From: a virus
Taxonomy: Duplodnaviria; Caudoviricetes
Strand: one strand, 5' to 3'
DNA length: 64,000 nt
IMG/VR virus record: IMGVR_UViG_2834917809_000007
Span: 21,360 to 85,359 of that record
This document shows positions 1 through 9,059 of the stretch, piece after piece. The translations under genes were made by a program, and so were the position numbers. A model generated the notes under the pieces. That model was not told the DNA's origin. It was given only the letters and a program-made list of their open reading frames with translations, and did no database searches. How positions within the stretch are numbered: position 1 is the first letter of the stretch; each line of letters begins with the position of its first letter.

Positions 1-4
1 TATT

Positions 5-667
5 TTGCCTGTGGCCGTGGCGGGCATCAGTCGCGTGGTCAATGAGGATGACTGGTTGACCACGCCGGGCGCGGATGAGGAGAGCGATGACGAGCTGCGC
101 GAACGCTGCCGAAACCAGTTTAACCTGGTGGGCAATTACCACACTGACGCGGTGTACCGCTCAATGATCGCCAGCGTGGCCGGGCTGAGCATCGACCGCA
201 TTTATTTTGAGCATGACGCACCACGGGGGCCGGGTACGGCAAACGCCTATCTGCTGCTTGATACGGGAGTGATTTCTCAGCCGTTTATTGACGCAGTGAA
301 TGACCATATCACCGGGCAAGGAAACCACGGGCATGGCGATGATATGCAGTGTTTCCCCATGCCAGAAACCCTGCATCAGCTGAATGTGACCGTGTATGTG
401 GAGAACCTGGCGAATCTTGCTGTGGATGAATACACCGCCCTGCAATCCGGCGTTGAAAACCTGATTCGCAGCGCGTTCCGGGAAAACAGTGATTTTGACG
501 TGAAGCGCACCAGGCCGTATGACCGGTTTTCATTTTCAAACCTCGGGCGCGAGCTGCACAAAGCCTACGCGGTAATCGACTCTCTGGCGTTTTCGCTGAC
601 CGATATCGTCAGCGATCTGAATGTCCCGCGTTTGTCCGATCTGACCGTGGAGCTGAAGGATGCCTGA
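5..667 (+). CDS. Baseplate J-like protein (5'-truncated by the window edge)
   Basis: GADEESDDELRER and RGPGTAN motifs typical of baseplate J; overlaps the next gene; true start is upstream of the window. Confidence 0.8.
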   Translation: MPVAVAGISRVVNEDDWLTTPGADEESDDELRERCRNQFNLVGNYHTDAVYRSMIASVAGLSIDRIYFEHDAPRGPGTANAYLLLDTGVISQPFIDAVNDHITGQGNHGHGDDMQCFPMPETLHQLNVTVYVENLANLAVDEYTALQSGVENLIRSAFRENSDFDVKRTRPYDRFSFSNLGRELHKAYAVIDSLAFSLTDIVSDLNVPRLSDLTVELKDA

Positions 668-1298
668 TTTTCTGAAAAAGCTGGCGTCAATGGCGCTGCC
701 GTTCTGGATGAACGAAGGGGAGCCGAAAAAGCTGCTTGCTGCCGCCCGGCGATTCTGGGCGCGGGTCTATGGCTGGATCACCTGGCCAGTTAACCAGTTT
801 GATCCGCTGACTTGCAATGAGGCGTTGCTGAACCTGCTGGCCTGGGATCGGGACATTGCCCGATTCAAGAGCGAGCCCCTGAGCCTGTTCCGTAAGCGCG
901 TGGCTTATGCCTTTGTCAATGCCCGGGATTCCGGGTCGGTTGCCGGGTTTATTGCCATTTTTGAGCGCCTGGGGATCGGCTATGTGGAGATGCTGGAGCG
1001 CCAGCCTGGCATTGACTGGGACATTATCACCGTGCGCGTCTCTGACAGTCAGTTAGCGGCCAACACGGAACTAATGATCCAGATTATTCGCCAGTACGGA
1101 CGAACCTGCCGTCGTTACCAGTATGAGGTGATGACGACGCTGAAACTTTTTATCAATGCCGGCTGGGATGAGGGGGAGCTGATCTGTTACAGCGCCCGCG
1201 AGCCTGTAAGCGGCACTGACCGGGAATACGGGGAATACATGACATTTCCCGCTGTATCACATAACGAAAATAACGCCGTGTTTGGCGCAAAATTATAG
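660..1298 (+). CDS. Phage tail protein, P2 gpI-like
   Basis: LLNLLAWDRDI...FRKRV motif; position between J and the fibre gene. Confidence 0.75.
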   Translation: MPDFLKKLASMALPFWMNEGEPKKLLAAARRFWARVYGWITWPVNQFDPLTCNEALLNLLAWDRDIARFKSEPLSLFRKRVAYAFVNARDSGSVAGFIAIFERLGIGYVEMLERQPGIDWDIITVRVSDSQLAANTELMIQIIRQYGRTCRRYQYEVMTTLKLFINAGWDEGELICYSAREPVSGTDREYGEYMTFPAVSHNENNAVFGAKL

Positions 1299-1306
1299 GT
1301 GCTTTT

Positions 1307-4300
1307 ATGAGTCAGACCGTTATCACCCAGGCCTTTGAGGCACTGAAAGCGCAGGAAGCAGCCAACCACGGCGTGGTTACGCTGGATGAATTTGTTTTTG
1401 CCAGTGTGCCGAACCTGAACATTACCGATCCCATCAGCCGCACCGAAACCCTGCCGCCCGCGGCGCAAATCGTGCACCGTCAGGCCGTCAGCAAGACGGG
1501 CATGGTGAACAGCAACGCCGTGGTGTATTCGGTAGTGCTGGGCGCGGACGTGGGCGATTTCGAATTTAACTGGGTAGGTCTGCTCAATAAAGCCAGCGGC
1601 GCGGTGGCCATGATTGTGCACGCACCGTCGCAGAAGAAAATTAAGACCGCCTCCGGCCAGCAGGGAAACGTGTTAACCCGTTCCTTCCTGATGGAATACA
1701 ACGGCGCGTCGACGCAGACGAATATCACCACGCCTGCTGACACCTGGCAGATTGATTTCACCGCGCGTCTGAATGGCGTGGATGAGCGTATCCGTCTTGA
1801 GAACATCGACACTTACGGCGCAGCCTCTTTCCTGAAAGACGGCTTTCTGGTGTCGGGTGCTAACGGTAACTATCAGGTTAAAAAGGGTGTTGCGTACATC
1901 GAAGGGTTGCGCGCTGAACTGCTGTTTGATCAGGCTGTGGCGGTTGCTAAAAGACCGTCAAAAATTTGGGTCGATGTTTGCTGGCGCGGAACGCTAACCA
2001 GCGTCTGGGCGACGGCTACTAAAATCACCGTGGCGGATACCCTGGCGAATTATGTTACCGGCGATGAGCAGCATTACGTTTTTGCTATCGCCAACATTCT
2101 CGCAGACGGTTCTGTTATTGATCTGCGTCAGGCGAGTGTGATGGCTCAGGTTATGGGGTGGTCCGCAATGCCGGATACCGTTCCTTACTTTGACAAAGAT
2201 TCGAAGCTCAAAACATCTGCGATAAGTGATTTTGGCCGCGAAATGCTCGCTGTTTCTGACGCTCAGGGTGCACTTTCAGGTCTTGGCCTTACTGACCCTG
2301 ATCAGGGTGATACAGGAGTAAGCGTGCGGCAACCGTTTACTGGAGCCGTTGCGCGCACGCAGCATGATAAGAATGCTGAAGCAATTACTCCGCAGGATGC
2401 AGGTGCAAAAGGTGACGGTAAAGCTGATGACACTGCGGCATTTGATGTGCTGGAAGCTGGCGTAACCGGTCAGTTAATTGATTTGGGTGGAAAAATTTAT
2501 AACGTGGCGAAACCATATTATAAGAATCAATACACAAACGGTTCATTTGTCATTGACGGCTCACTGCACCCGGCCAGCTTCGATCTCAATGCGCTACGCT
2601 ATAAGAAAATCTGCGCCACCTTCTACACTGGCGATGTCGATATCCCCGGGCAAACACCGATCTTCGACGGCGCTGCCGGGGTATTTCAGGCGTTCTGTCT
2701 CGTTCCGGCCAACGGGCAGGTGAAGATGTACGTCACCCAGCGCGCCACCGGCCCGCTGCCGTTTTTAGGTAACTTCCTCAAGAATGAGACTTACCGGATC
2801 GTCGAGTACACGTTCAAAGAAGATGGTTCGCAGATACTGTCCACGGCGTTCTCACAGCCACTGACCACATGCGGTCATGCGAACATGCTGGGGTATCGCT
2901 ACGAAGGGAGTGAGCTGTATTTCTATACGGGCGCGCCTAACGACTCGGAAACTGATACGACGCTTGGCGGCAAGGGCTTTACGCGCGTGCACTGGAAAGG
3001 TAGCGCCACAAGTGACTCTGACGTTACCCGCTATGAAATGTTTGATCAGCCGACCACTATAGGCGGCGTGTACAACACCCATTGCCGCACGAACGTTACC
3101 GTTTCCCCCGATGGCAAGTATCTGCTGCTGGTCACTGACGATACCATGACCGGCGACCACGCGGCGCTGATTTACGACCTTGATACGGTGCTGGCATCAA
3201 CGAATCTCAAATCGCTGGTTCCGTTACACGAATTCCGTGTGCCATCGTATTACAGCAGCCCACTGCAGGGCATTGCGATGAACGATAAGTACGTTTTCGT
3301 GTATTACGACTGGGAGGTAAACACATCCGCGCTAAAGATATTCGACTTTGCGGGCAATCTGGTTTCGGACATCGACAACATCGATTTTCTGCGGACCGTT
3401 CATACCCGCGATGAGTATCTGGGTGGCTTCGGTGTGCTCACGACTTTTGAGTCTGAGAACGTGACGCTGTTCGGTAATGATCTGTATGTCGGTTATCGGG
3501 AAATCTGGTACGAGATGGGCACCATCGTCAGCTACGATGGGAAATTCTATACCCCGCGCGCGGCCACCACAGGCAACCCACCGAACAACTCCGCATACTG
3601 GATGCCCGTTAATATCTCCACAGGTGCTGTGCCGTATTCTGCGACGGCGGCTTACACAGTTACCGGGGCGAAGAAAGCAAACCTGAAACGTGTAGTAAAG
3701 ATTGGAGCACTGAAAGAAAGCAGCTCTGTGCCGATTCAAGGTCGGCCGGGCAATCCCACCGGGCCGAAGTTGCGAGATCCTAATCTACGTTACATCGCTA
3801 ACTCAGGTTCATTTCAGTGGGAGCGCTGGGAAGAAAACACTAAACGGTTCCTGACTACGCTGCGCGTAAGTGAGGCCGGTAACTGGTATTTCCATGACTC
3901 ATCTCCTGGTGCAGCAGTTACACCAGGAGTCATGCTGTCATCACGAAGTAACGAAGTTGCTGGCGTGACCACTCGCTATGCACGTATTCGCGGTGGGGAT
4001 AACTACGGCGGTAATACCTTCTGGTATGCCGCTGATGATTCAAATAAGCCGGGCTCGATTGTTGAATATGTAGGAGCAAATAACACCACGTCGCGCGAAA
4101 CCAATCAGTATGGCGAGACGGTTATTAAATCGAATACTGATGCCTCAAAGGTCCCGCTACGCGCTGATGTGCAAGGCACTGGGGACTTTATCCGCGGCTC
4201 ACGCTATGACACGGTTTATTTCGGCATCCGCACATCGACCGTGAATACGATCATGACTTCGCGCAGCGGGAACTCGTTTATCTTAGGCGCGAGTTCATCA

Positions 4301-4936
4301 GTTGACGGGTTTACAAGCGACACCACTGCGCGCGTTAACATCAATATCACCGACATGGCTTTCCGCCCAGACGCCGATAACAACCTCGACAACGGCAAGG
4401 TTAACTACCGATGGAAACAGCTTTTCGCGACTAACAGTTCCATCGGTACGTCTGATGAAACCCACAAAACCAGACCGCGCAACATTGCCCTGGCGGAAGT
4501 TACAGCCTTCGCCGCCATCGCCCGCCTGCCGAGCGTGTGGCAATGGCTGAGTAAATACCAGGTTGAAGGTGATGATGCGCGACTCCACGCTGGGCCCACT
4601 GTACAGGCCGCTATCGCTATTATGGAAGCGAACGGACTAGACTGGAGCCGTTACAGCGCGTTCTGCTATGACGAGTGGGAAAACCAGTACGAGCCGGTGC
4701 TGGCCCTGCGGAAGGTTGAAAAGGAGATCATGGTAGAGCGTGAGGGGTTCGAATACCCTGAATGGGTGGAAGTGGACGAAGAGTATGACACTGGCGAAAA
4801 AGTTCTGATTAAACCGGCCGGATCGGTCTATTCCTTCCGCAAGGAGGAATTGCTCTGGTGGTGTTTGCGAGCCATGGTAAGCCAGTTTGATGATCTGGAC
4901 GCTCGTATGCTCCGTCTTGAAAGTGTGGCGGAGTAA
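1307..4936 (+). CDS. Tail fibre/tailspike with C-terminal intramolecular chaperone (peptidase S74-like)
   Basis: N-terminal tail-collar domain (GDFEFNWVGL); tailspike head motif PQDAGAKGDGKADDT; C-terminal GTSDETHKT...DARLHAGP...YSAFCYDEW resembling the endosialidase chaperone. Confidence 0.85.
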   Translation: MSQTVITQAFEALKAQEAANHGVVTLDEFVFASVPNLNITDPISRTETLPPAAQIVHRQAVSKTGMVNSNAVVYSVVLGADVGDFEFNWVGLLNKASGAVAMIVHAPSQKKIKTASGQQGNVLTRSFLMEYNGASTQTNITTPADTWQIDFTARLNGVDERIRLENIDTYGAASFLKDGFLVSGANGNYQVKKGVAYIEGLRAELLFDQAVAVAKRPSKIWVDVCWRGTLTSVWATATKITVADTLANYVTGDEQHYVFAIANILADGSVIDLRQASVMAQVMGWSAMPDTVPYFDKDSKLKTSAISDFGREMLAVSDAQGALSGLGLTDPDQGDTGVSVRQPFTGAVARTQHDKNAEAITPQDAGAKGDGKADDTAAFDVLEAGVTGQLIDLGGKIYNVAKPYYKNQYTNGSFVIDGSLHPASFDLNALRYKKICATFYTGDVDIPGQTPIFDGAAGVFQAFCLVPANGQVKMYVTQRATGPLPFLGNFLKNETYRIVEYTFKEDGSQILSTAFSQPLTTCGHANMLGYRYEGSELYFYTGAPNDSETDTTLGGKGFTRVHWKGSATSDSDVTRYEMFDQPTTIGGVYNTHCRTNVTVSPDGKYLLLVTDDTMTGDHAALIYDLDTVLASTNLKSLVPLHEFRVPSYYSSPLQGIAMNDKYVFVYYDWEVNTSALKIFDFAGNLVSDIDNIDFLRTVHTRDEYLGGFGVLTTFESENVTLFGNDLYVGYREIWYEMGTIVSYDGKFYTPRAATTGNPPNNSAYWMPVNISTGAVPYSATAAYTVTGAKKANLKRVVKIGALKESSSVPIQGRPGNPTGPKLRDPNLRYIANSGSFQWERWEENTKRFLTTLRVSEAGNWYFHDSSPGAAVTPGVMLSSRSNEVAGVTTRYARIRGGDNYGGNTFWYAADDSNKPGSIVEYVGANNTTSRETNQYGETVIKSNTDASKVPLRADVQGTGDFIRGSRYDTVYFGIRTSTVNTIMTSRSGNSFILGASSSVDGFTSDTTARVNINITDMAFRPDADNNLDNGKVNYRWKQLFATNSSIGTSDETHKTRPRNIALAEVTAFAAIARLPSVWQWLSKYQVEGDDARLHAGPTVQAAIAIMEANGLDWSRYSAFCYDEWENQYEPVLALRKVEKEIMVEREGFEYPEWVEVDEEYDTGEKVLIKPAGSVYSFRKEELLWWCLRAMVSQFDDLDARMLRLESVAE

Positions 4937-4940
4937 GGCT

Positions 4941-5654
4941 ATGTGGACGTTTAGTCAACTCAGGCTGAATGCGAACGCTTCCGGGATTTACCGCACCGCT
5001 GCCGCACATCCGTGGGTTTACGGGTTGGGGAAGATAACCGCAAACGGCGTTTATCTCAGCCCTGCGAACGCCGTGGCCTGGCTAGCTGAAAAGCTGGCCA
5101 GCCTGACAGACAGCGCGGATGTAGTAGTGTTCATGGTGACCGGGCAGAGCCACGATGAGTTTATGGCCAGTCTTGATCCGCTCACGGAGGTTTTCCCTGC
5201 ACCGGCTTTTAAACAGGTTTCACGCCTTGCCCGTTCGGCGGCGGAGCTGGACGCGGTAAAAATGCAGAAACCTGCAAAAGCCTTGAATGGCCTGCCTGAT
5301 CCTGTGCCGCTATCTGTACCGACGACGCGCACCATAGCAAGTGCAGCGGCGGTGGCCAGCGCAAGCGCACCGGGAGCGCTAAACCTTGCCGGGCTGAAAG
5401 CCAGCCTGGCAGATTTCACTGCGCACCGTGCCGGGCTGCTTTCCTGTATAGCGGATGTAGCGGGGGAGTTGGCGGCGAAACGTGCCCGCGCCTGGGTATT
5501 CACGTCAACCGGAGACGGCGCAACGCTGGCGCGGGAGCTGCTTAAAGATATTCCGGCAGTGTCGTCGATATACAGTGCGGCCATCATGCTGGTCGGTTCC
5601 GATCTCAGCGATATCAGGGGGATGATCCATGACAGCGATCACGCTGGCGCTTAA
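4941..5654 (+). CDS. HP1/K139-like hypothetical tail protein
   Basis: ATG at 4941 after AAGG; synteny with the end of HP1-like tail modules. Confidence 0.65.
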   Translation: MWTFSQLRLNANASGIYRTAAAHPWVYGLGKITANGVYLSPANAVAWLAEKLASLTDSADVVVFMVTGQSHDEFMASLDPLTEVFPAPAFKQVSRLARSAAELDAVKMQKPAKALNGLPDPVPLSVPTTRTIASAAAVASASAPGALNLAGLKASLADFTAHRAGLLSCIADVAGELAAKRARAWVFTSTGDGATLARELLKDIPAVSSIYSAAIMLVGSDLSDIRGMIHDSDHAGA

Positions 5655-6174
5655 CGGCGAAGCCATCCGGCTTAAAAATATGCGCGTCACAGTTTCCCAG
5701 CAGTTCCCGGATAAAGACCAGTCGGGCGGTACATCCTCCACGGCGAAATCCGAAGAGGGGGCGAAAGGGAAAGAGCTACGTGTGTCCGGTGAAATTCCGT
5801 TCAAGGATATCGCTATTCTCACCCGCCTGTTCCAGCTGGCCAACGCCACGGGATCAGGTGGCGCGCGTACAGTATACCGGGTGGCAAATAACGTTGCCCG
5901 AGCAGTCAATCTGCGTGAAGCCTCGTTTTCCGGGACGATTGATGCACCGCAGCAGGAAGGGCGCATGTCCTGGCTTGTAACGTTTACCCTGACAGAGTTC
6001 CTGAGCGTGGCAGAGAAAAAAGAAGCCGCTGCAACCTCCCGCGCAACCAGTAAAGCGCAGGGTGCTGGCGCTGCCGTTGGCGGCTCTGGAGCCGCAAACG
6101 CGGGTGAATCAGACGAAAAAATGACGTGGTTTGAACGCAAGGTGCTGAAACCCGTAAACGATGCCCTGGAGTGA
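5629..6174 (+). CDS. HP1/K139-like hypothetical tail protein
   Basis: 181-aa ORF overlapping the previous gene; tail-module position. Confidence 0.65.
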   Translation: MTAITLALNGEAIRLKNMRVTVSQQFPDKDQSGGTSSTAKSEEGAKGKELRVSGEIPFKDIAILTRLFQLANATGSGGARTVYRVANNVARAVNLREASFSGTIDAPQQEGRMSWLVTFTLTEFLSVAEKKEAAATSRATSKAQGAGAAVGGSGAANAGESDEKMTWFERKVLKPVNDALE

Positions 6175-6177
6175 TAA

Positions 6178-7875
6178 GTGAAACCAGTTAAACGCCTGTA
6201 TTTATCCACTGATGAAACCCATGTGGCCGATGTGAATCTTGTGCTGGAGCTGAACAGCTGCGGCCGGGGCTTTATTACTGCCCGGACCGATCAGGACTAT
6301 ACCGGAAAGATGGTGCGCCTTGATGTGGGCTATTCTGGTCAGCTGCTGCGCTGGTTTACCGGATACGTAGAGCGTGCGCAGCCAGCAGAAAAAGGGTTTA
6401 TGCGTCTGTTCGTGCGGGAGCTGGCTGGCGTTTTTGACAGGGCGTGGCCATGTTCCTTTCAGCATCCGACGCTGCGCGACGTCGCTGCCTGGCTGACGGA
6501 AAACAGCGGCATCACTGTGTCCGTCCCTGATGCCAGCTACAGCAGCACCCCGATCCCGCATTTCACCCATTCAGGTACGGGCTTCCAGCTGCTGAGCAAT
6601 CTGGGTAAGGCCTTTGGTATTAACGATTACGTCTGGTATCAGTTGCCTGACGGATCGATGTACGCAGGCGGTGCAGAGGCGGCGCTGTTCGCCGGGCGTC
6701 CGGTTGAAATCCCGCACGAGTTCAGCCAGGGCGCCGCGGGCGGCAATACGATGACGCTGCCGCTGATCCAGTCCCTGCGCCCAGGTGTGGAGGTGAACGG
6801 TGAACGCCTGACACGGGTTGCGCTGACCAATGACACAATGGCGATCACCTGGACGCCGCGCAACAAGGCTACGGGGAAACCACTGCAAAAAACACCAATG
6901 CAGCGACAGATTGAAAGCCATTACCCTGAGCTGGCCAGCGGCCTGCATGTGCCGAAGATGGCGCGGGTGATCGCAGCCAGTGAGTATGTTTCCAGCGGAA
7001 ACTTTGCCGATCCATTCCGCCCGCGTTATGCAGTGGACGTGCAGCTGCTTGATGCAGACGGCAACCCGGACAGTACAACCCCGGTTTACTCTGCCGTACC
7101 GCTGCCGGTTCCGATGGCCGGGAATGATTCGGGGATGTTTCAGTTTCCGCCCGCTGGCACGCTGGTTGAAGTCGGTTTTACGGGCGGGCGCCCGGATAAG
7201 CCGTTTGTACGCCAGAGCATGCCGGAGGGGACGAGCCTGCCGGATGTGAAGCCGGGCGAGCAGTTGCAACAGCAACGTGATGGTGTATCGCAGCGCGTTA
7301 CCCAGGGCGGCGACTGGGAGCGGCAGACCGATCAGGCTATCCGTGAAACGTCGATGACGCGTACCGTCACCGCCGATACGGAAACCCGTGAACTGGTGAC
7401 GCGGGAAACGACAATCAAAGCCACGGATAAAACAACGGTGATCGGCACGGCCACGCTGATGGCCGGAGTGATCCAGCGTATCACCACGGGCGATTATGCG
7501 ATGGCTGCAGGAGGTAACTATCTGGCCAGCATCAAAGGCGATGCTGAAACGGATGTTGAAGGCCGGCAGTCAAGCAAGGTGGCCGGGAATATTGATATTG
7601 AGTCGGGCGGCGCGCTGACAGAGAAGATTGCCGCCCTGCGTAAGAGCGTGGCCGCAGGTCAGCAGATTATTGGCGATACGGTGCATATTGGAACCGGGAG
7701 CACCAACACCCTCACCATGCTGCTGGATACCATCGATCTGCTGGCAGAACTGGCGCAGCAGTGCGCCGGACATACGCACCCGGGAACAGGCGCGCCAAAC
7801 CAGGCCAGCGCCTTTACGGAAACGGCCAGCAAGGCAGGCGTAACGCGACGAAAGTATGAACAGATAATTGCCTGA
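6178..7875 (+). CDS. HP1/K139-like last tail gene (hub/spike-like, orf35-type)
   Basis: 565 aa; C-terminal beta-rich repeats and an HTHP metal-binding tip motif as in phage spikes. Confidence 0.7.
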   Translation: MKPVKRLYLSTDETHVADVNLVLELNSCGRGFITARTDQDYTGKMVRLDVGYSGQLLRWFTGYVERAQPAEKGFMRLFVRELAGVFDRAWPCSFQHPTLRDVAAWLTENSGITVSVPDASYSSTPIPHFTHSGTGFQLLSNLGKAFGINDYVWYQLPDGSMYAGGAEAALFAGRPVEIPHEFSQGAAGGNTMTLPLIQSLRPGVEVNGERLTRVALTNDTMAITWTPRNKATGKPLQKTPMQRQIESHYPELASGLHVPKMARVIAASEYVSSGNFADPFRPRYAVDVQLLDADGNPDSTTPVYSAVPLPVPMAGNDSGMFQFPPAGTLVEVGFTGGRPDKPFVRQSMPEGTSLPDVKPGEQLQQQRDGVSQRVTQGGDWERQTDQAIRETSMTRTVTADTETRELVTRETTIKATDKTTVIGTATLMAGVIQRITTGDYAMAAGGNYLASIKGDAETDVEGRQSSKVAGNIDIESGGALTEKIAALRKSVAAGQQIIGDTVHIGTGSTNTLTMLLDTIDLLAELAQQCAGHTHPGTGAPNQASAFTETASKAGVTRRKYEQIIA

Positions 7876-7890
7876 ATGAATGCACCTTTT

Positions 7891-7914
7891 GCCCGCCAAT
7901 GCGCGGGCTTTTTT
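7891..7914 (+). terminator. Rho-independent terminator of the tail operon
   Basis: gcccgc-loop-gcgggc followed by T6. Confidence 0.75.
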
Positions 7915-8407
7915 ACGTCCTCTTACCAGACACACCAGAACGCGCCCTGAGCGCATCAGCAGACAACCCGCCCGCACGTAACACCCCGAAACGATCAGAG
8001 GCACGCTGTAGCGCTGGCGCAGCGGCGCAGCCACAAAATAAACGTGTCGCAGACAAAAACGGCACTACACCGCACCCGCCTGCGGTTTTTGGATCGTATA
8101 AATTTTTCAGTTTTATTTTTCTACAAACCAGACCGCCAGCCCGCGCCACGACTGGCGGCTTGCCGGAAAACCGAAACTGAAAACATTGAAAAGAATTTCA
8201 CTTTTTTTCAGTAAAAAGGATCTGCGGAGGATCGGTTAAATTTCATAACCGTCAGAAAAATAGAGGAAAAATAAATTTTACGTGGCTATGGGTAGATCGT
8301 TTGTGTGATAAGCGCCGGAGCAACGTTTACAGGCAAGGCCAGAGCTGGCGCGGCTTAGAGAGTTTCAGGTTAAAAACAGAGAACTGAAAAAGCCGCTTTA
8401 GAATATA

Positions 8408-8423
8408 CTGTGAAAATATACAG
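8408..8423 (+). promoter_or_regulatory. LexA (SOS) box
   Basis: CTGT-gaaaatat-ACAG fits CTG-N10-CAG; lies just downstream of a TAGAAT -10 element at 8399-8404. Confidence 0.7.
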
Positions 8424-8439
8424 CATCAAAGGAGGGTGC

Positions 8440-8763
8440 ATGCGGTACATATCCATCAACGGGGCGGTTTTCATTTTCCTGCAGCGGGGCGAAAAGTTGA
8501 AAGAGAACGAAGGGCTACCGCTGAACGGCTTTCCCGATCGTCGCTATGTTTTATGGCCACGCGGCGATTACTGGGACGTTCGGGAGAAAGTGTTTCAGTT
8601 CGGGGGAATGAGCTGGGAGCCTATTGCGAATGAACCCTTTCCCGATGAAAGTGCAGCCTGGCTAACAGCCTATGCTCACTGGATGGGAATTTCAGGAGTA
8701 CAGCCATCGCATAAATCAAAATATGCCTGCGACACTTTTGCGACACTCACGACGGTTAAATAA
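8440..8763 (+). CDS. Hypothetical 107-aa protein, probably SOS-inducible
   Basis: GGAGG RBS before ATG 8440; LexA box upstream. Confidence 0.65.
   Translation: MRYISINGAVFIFLQRGEKLKENEGLPLNGFPDRRYVLWPRGDYWDVREKVFQFGGMSWEPIANEPFPDESAAWLTAYAHWMGISGVQPSHKSKYACDTFATLTTVK
8728..8747. repeat. Integrase arm-type direct repeats of prophage 1
   Basis: TGCGACACT twice with 11-bp period, about 70 bp from the att core. Confidence 0.65.
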
Positions 8764-8789
8764 AAAAGCCACCCCGCGGAAGGTGGCTT
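8762..8789 (-). terminator. Terminator supplied by prophage 1 downstream of the tRNA 3' end
   Basis: aagccac...gtggctt hairpin plus T6 on the minus strand; near-identical hairpin at 61294-61319. Confidence 0.7.
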
Positions 8790-8815
8790 AATTGATTGAT
8801 TCTATTGTGAAAATT

Positions 8816-8862
8816 TGGTGGCCCCTGCTGGACTTGAACCAGCGACCAAGCGATTATGAGTC
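8816..8862 (-). repeat. att core, 3' 47 nt of tRNA-Ile(CAT), copy 1
   Basis: Reverse complement GACTCATAATCGCTTGGTCGCTGGTTCAAGTCCAGCAGGGGCCACCA is the ileX anticodon loop through CCA; the 5' half of the tRNA is absent. Confidence 0.95.
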
Positions 8863-8988
8863 ATGGAATTGCCATGTTTCCACATGTTCTCCATTGTCGC
8901 TATTTGTATTATTTATTAATTAAAATCAGTGTGTTGCGATGTTTGTTTTGTTTCTGTTTGGCTACGGAGGTTCACCGTTGTACTATCC

Positions 8989-9034
8989 TTACCTGACCCA
9001 TTACCTGACCCGAAATTGGCATTGGGTCAGGTAA
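8989..9034. repeat. Integrase arm-type sites of island A (left)
   Basis: TTACCTGACCC twice in tandem (12-bp period) plus an inverted copy TGGGTCAGGTAA at 9023-9034. Confidence 0.8.
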
Positions 9035-9059
9035 CACTTACCCTCAGAAAGGAAGATGT

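Larger units (their letters stand above)
1..8862 (+). mobile_element. Prophage 1, right end (HP1/K139-like P2-family tail module, ending at att)
   Basis: Gene order is baseplate J, tail I, long fibre, then three HP1-like tail genes; bounded by the att core at 8816-8862 with its own arm repeats; left part lies outside the window. Confidence 0.85.

Noticed and set aside
8816-8862. Functional tRNA genes at the three att copies
   Set aside because: Only the anticodon loop through CCA is present; the acceptor 5' strand and D-arm are missing in all three
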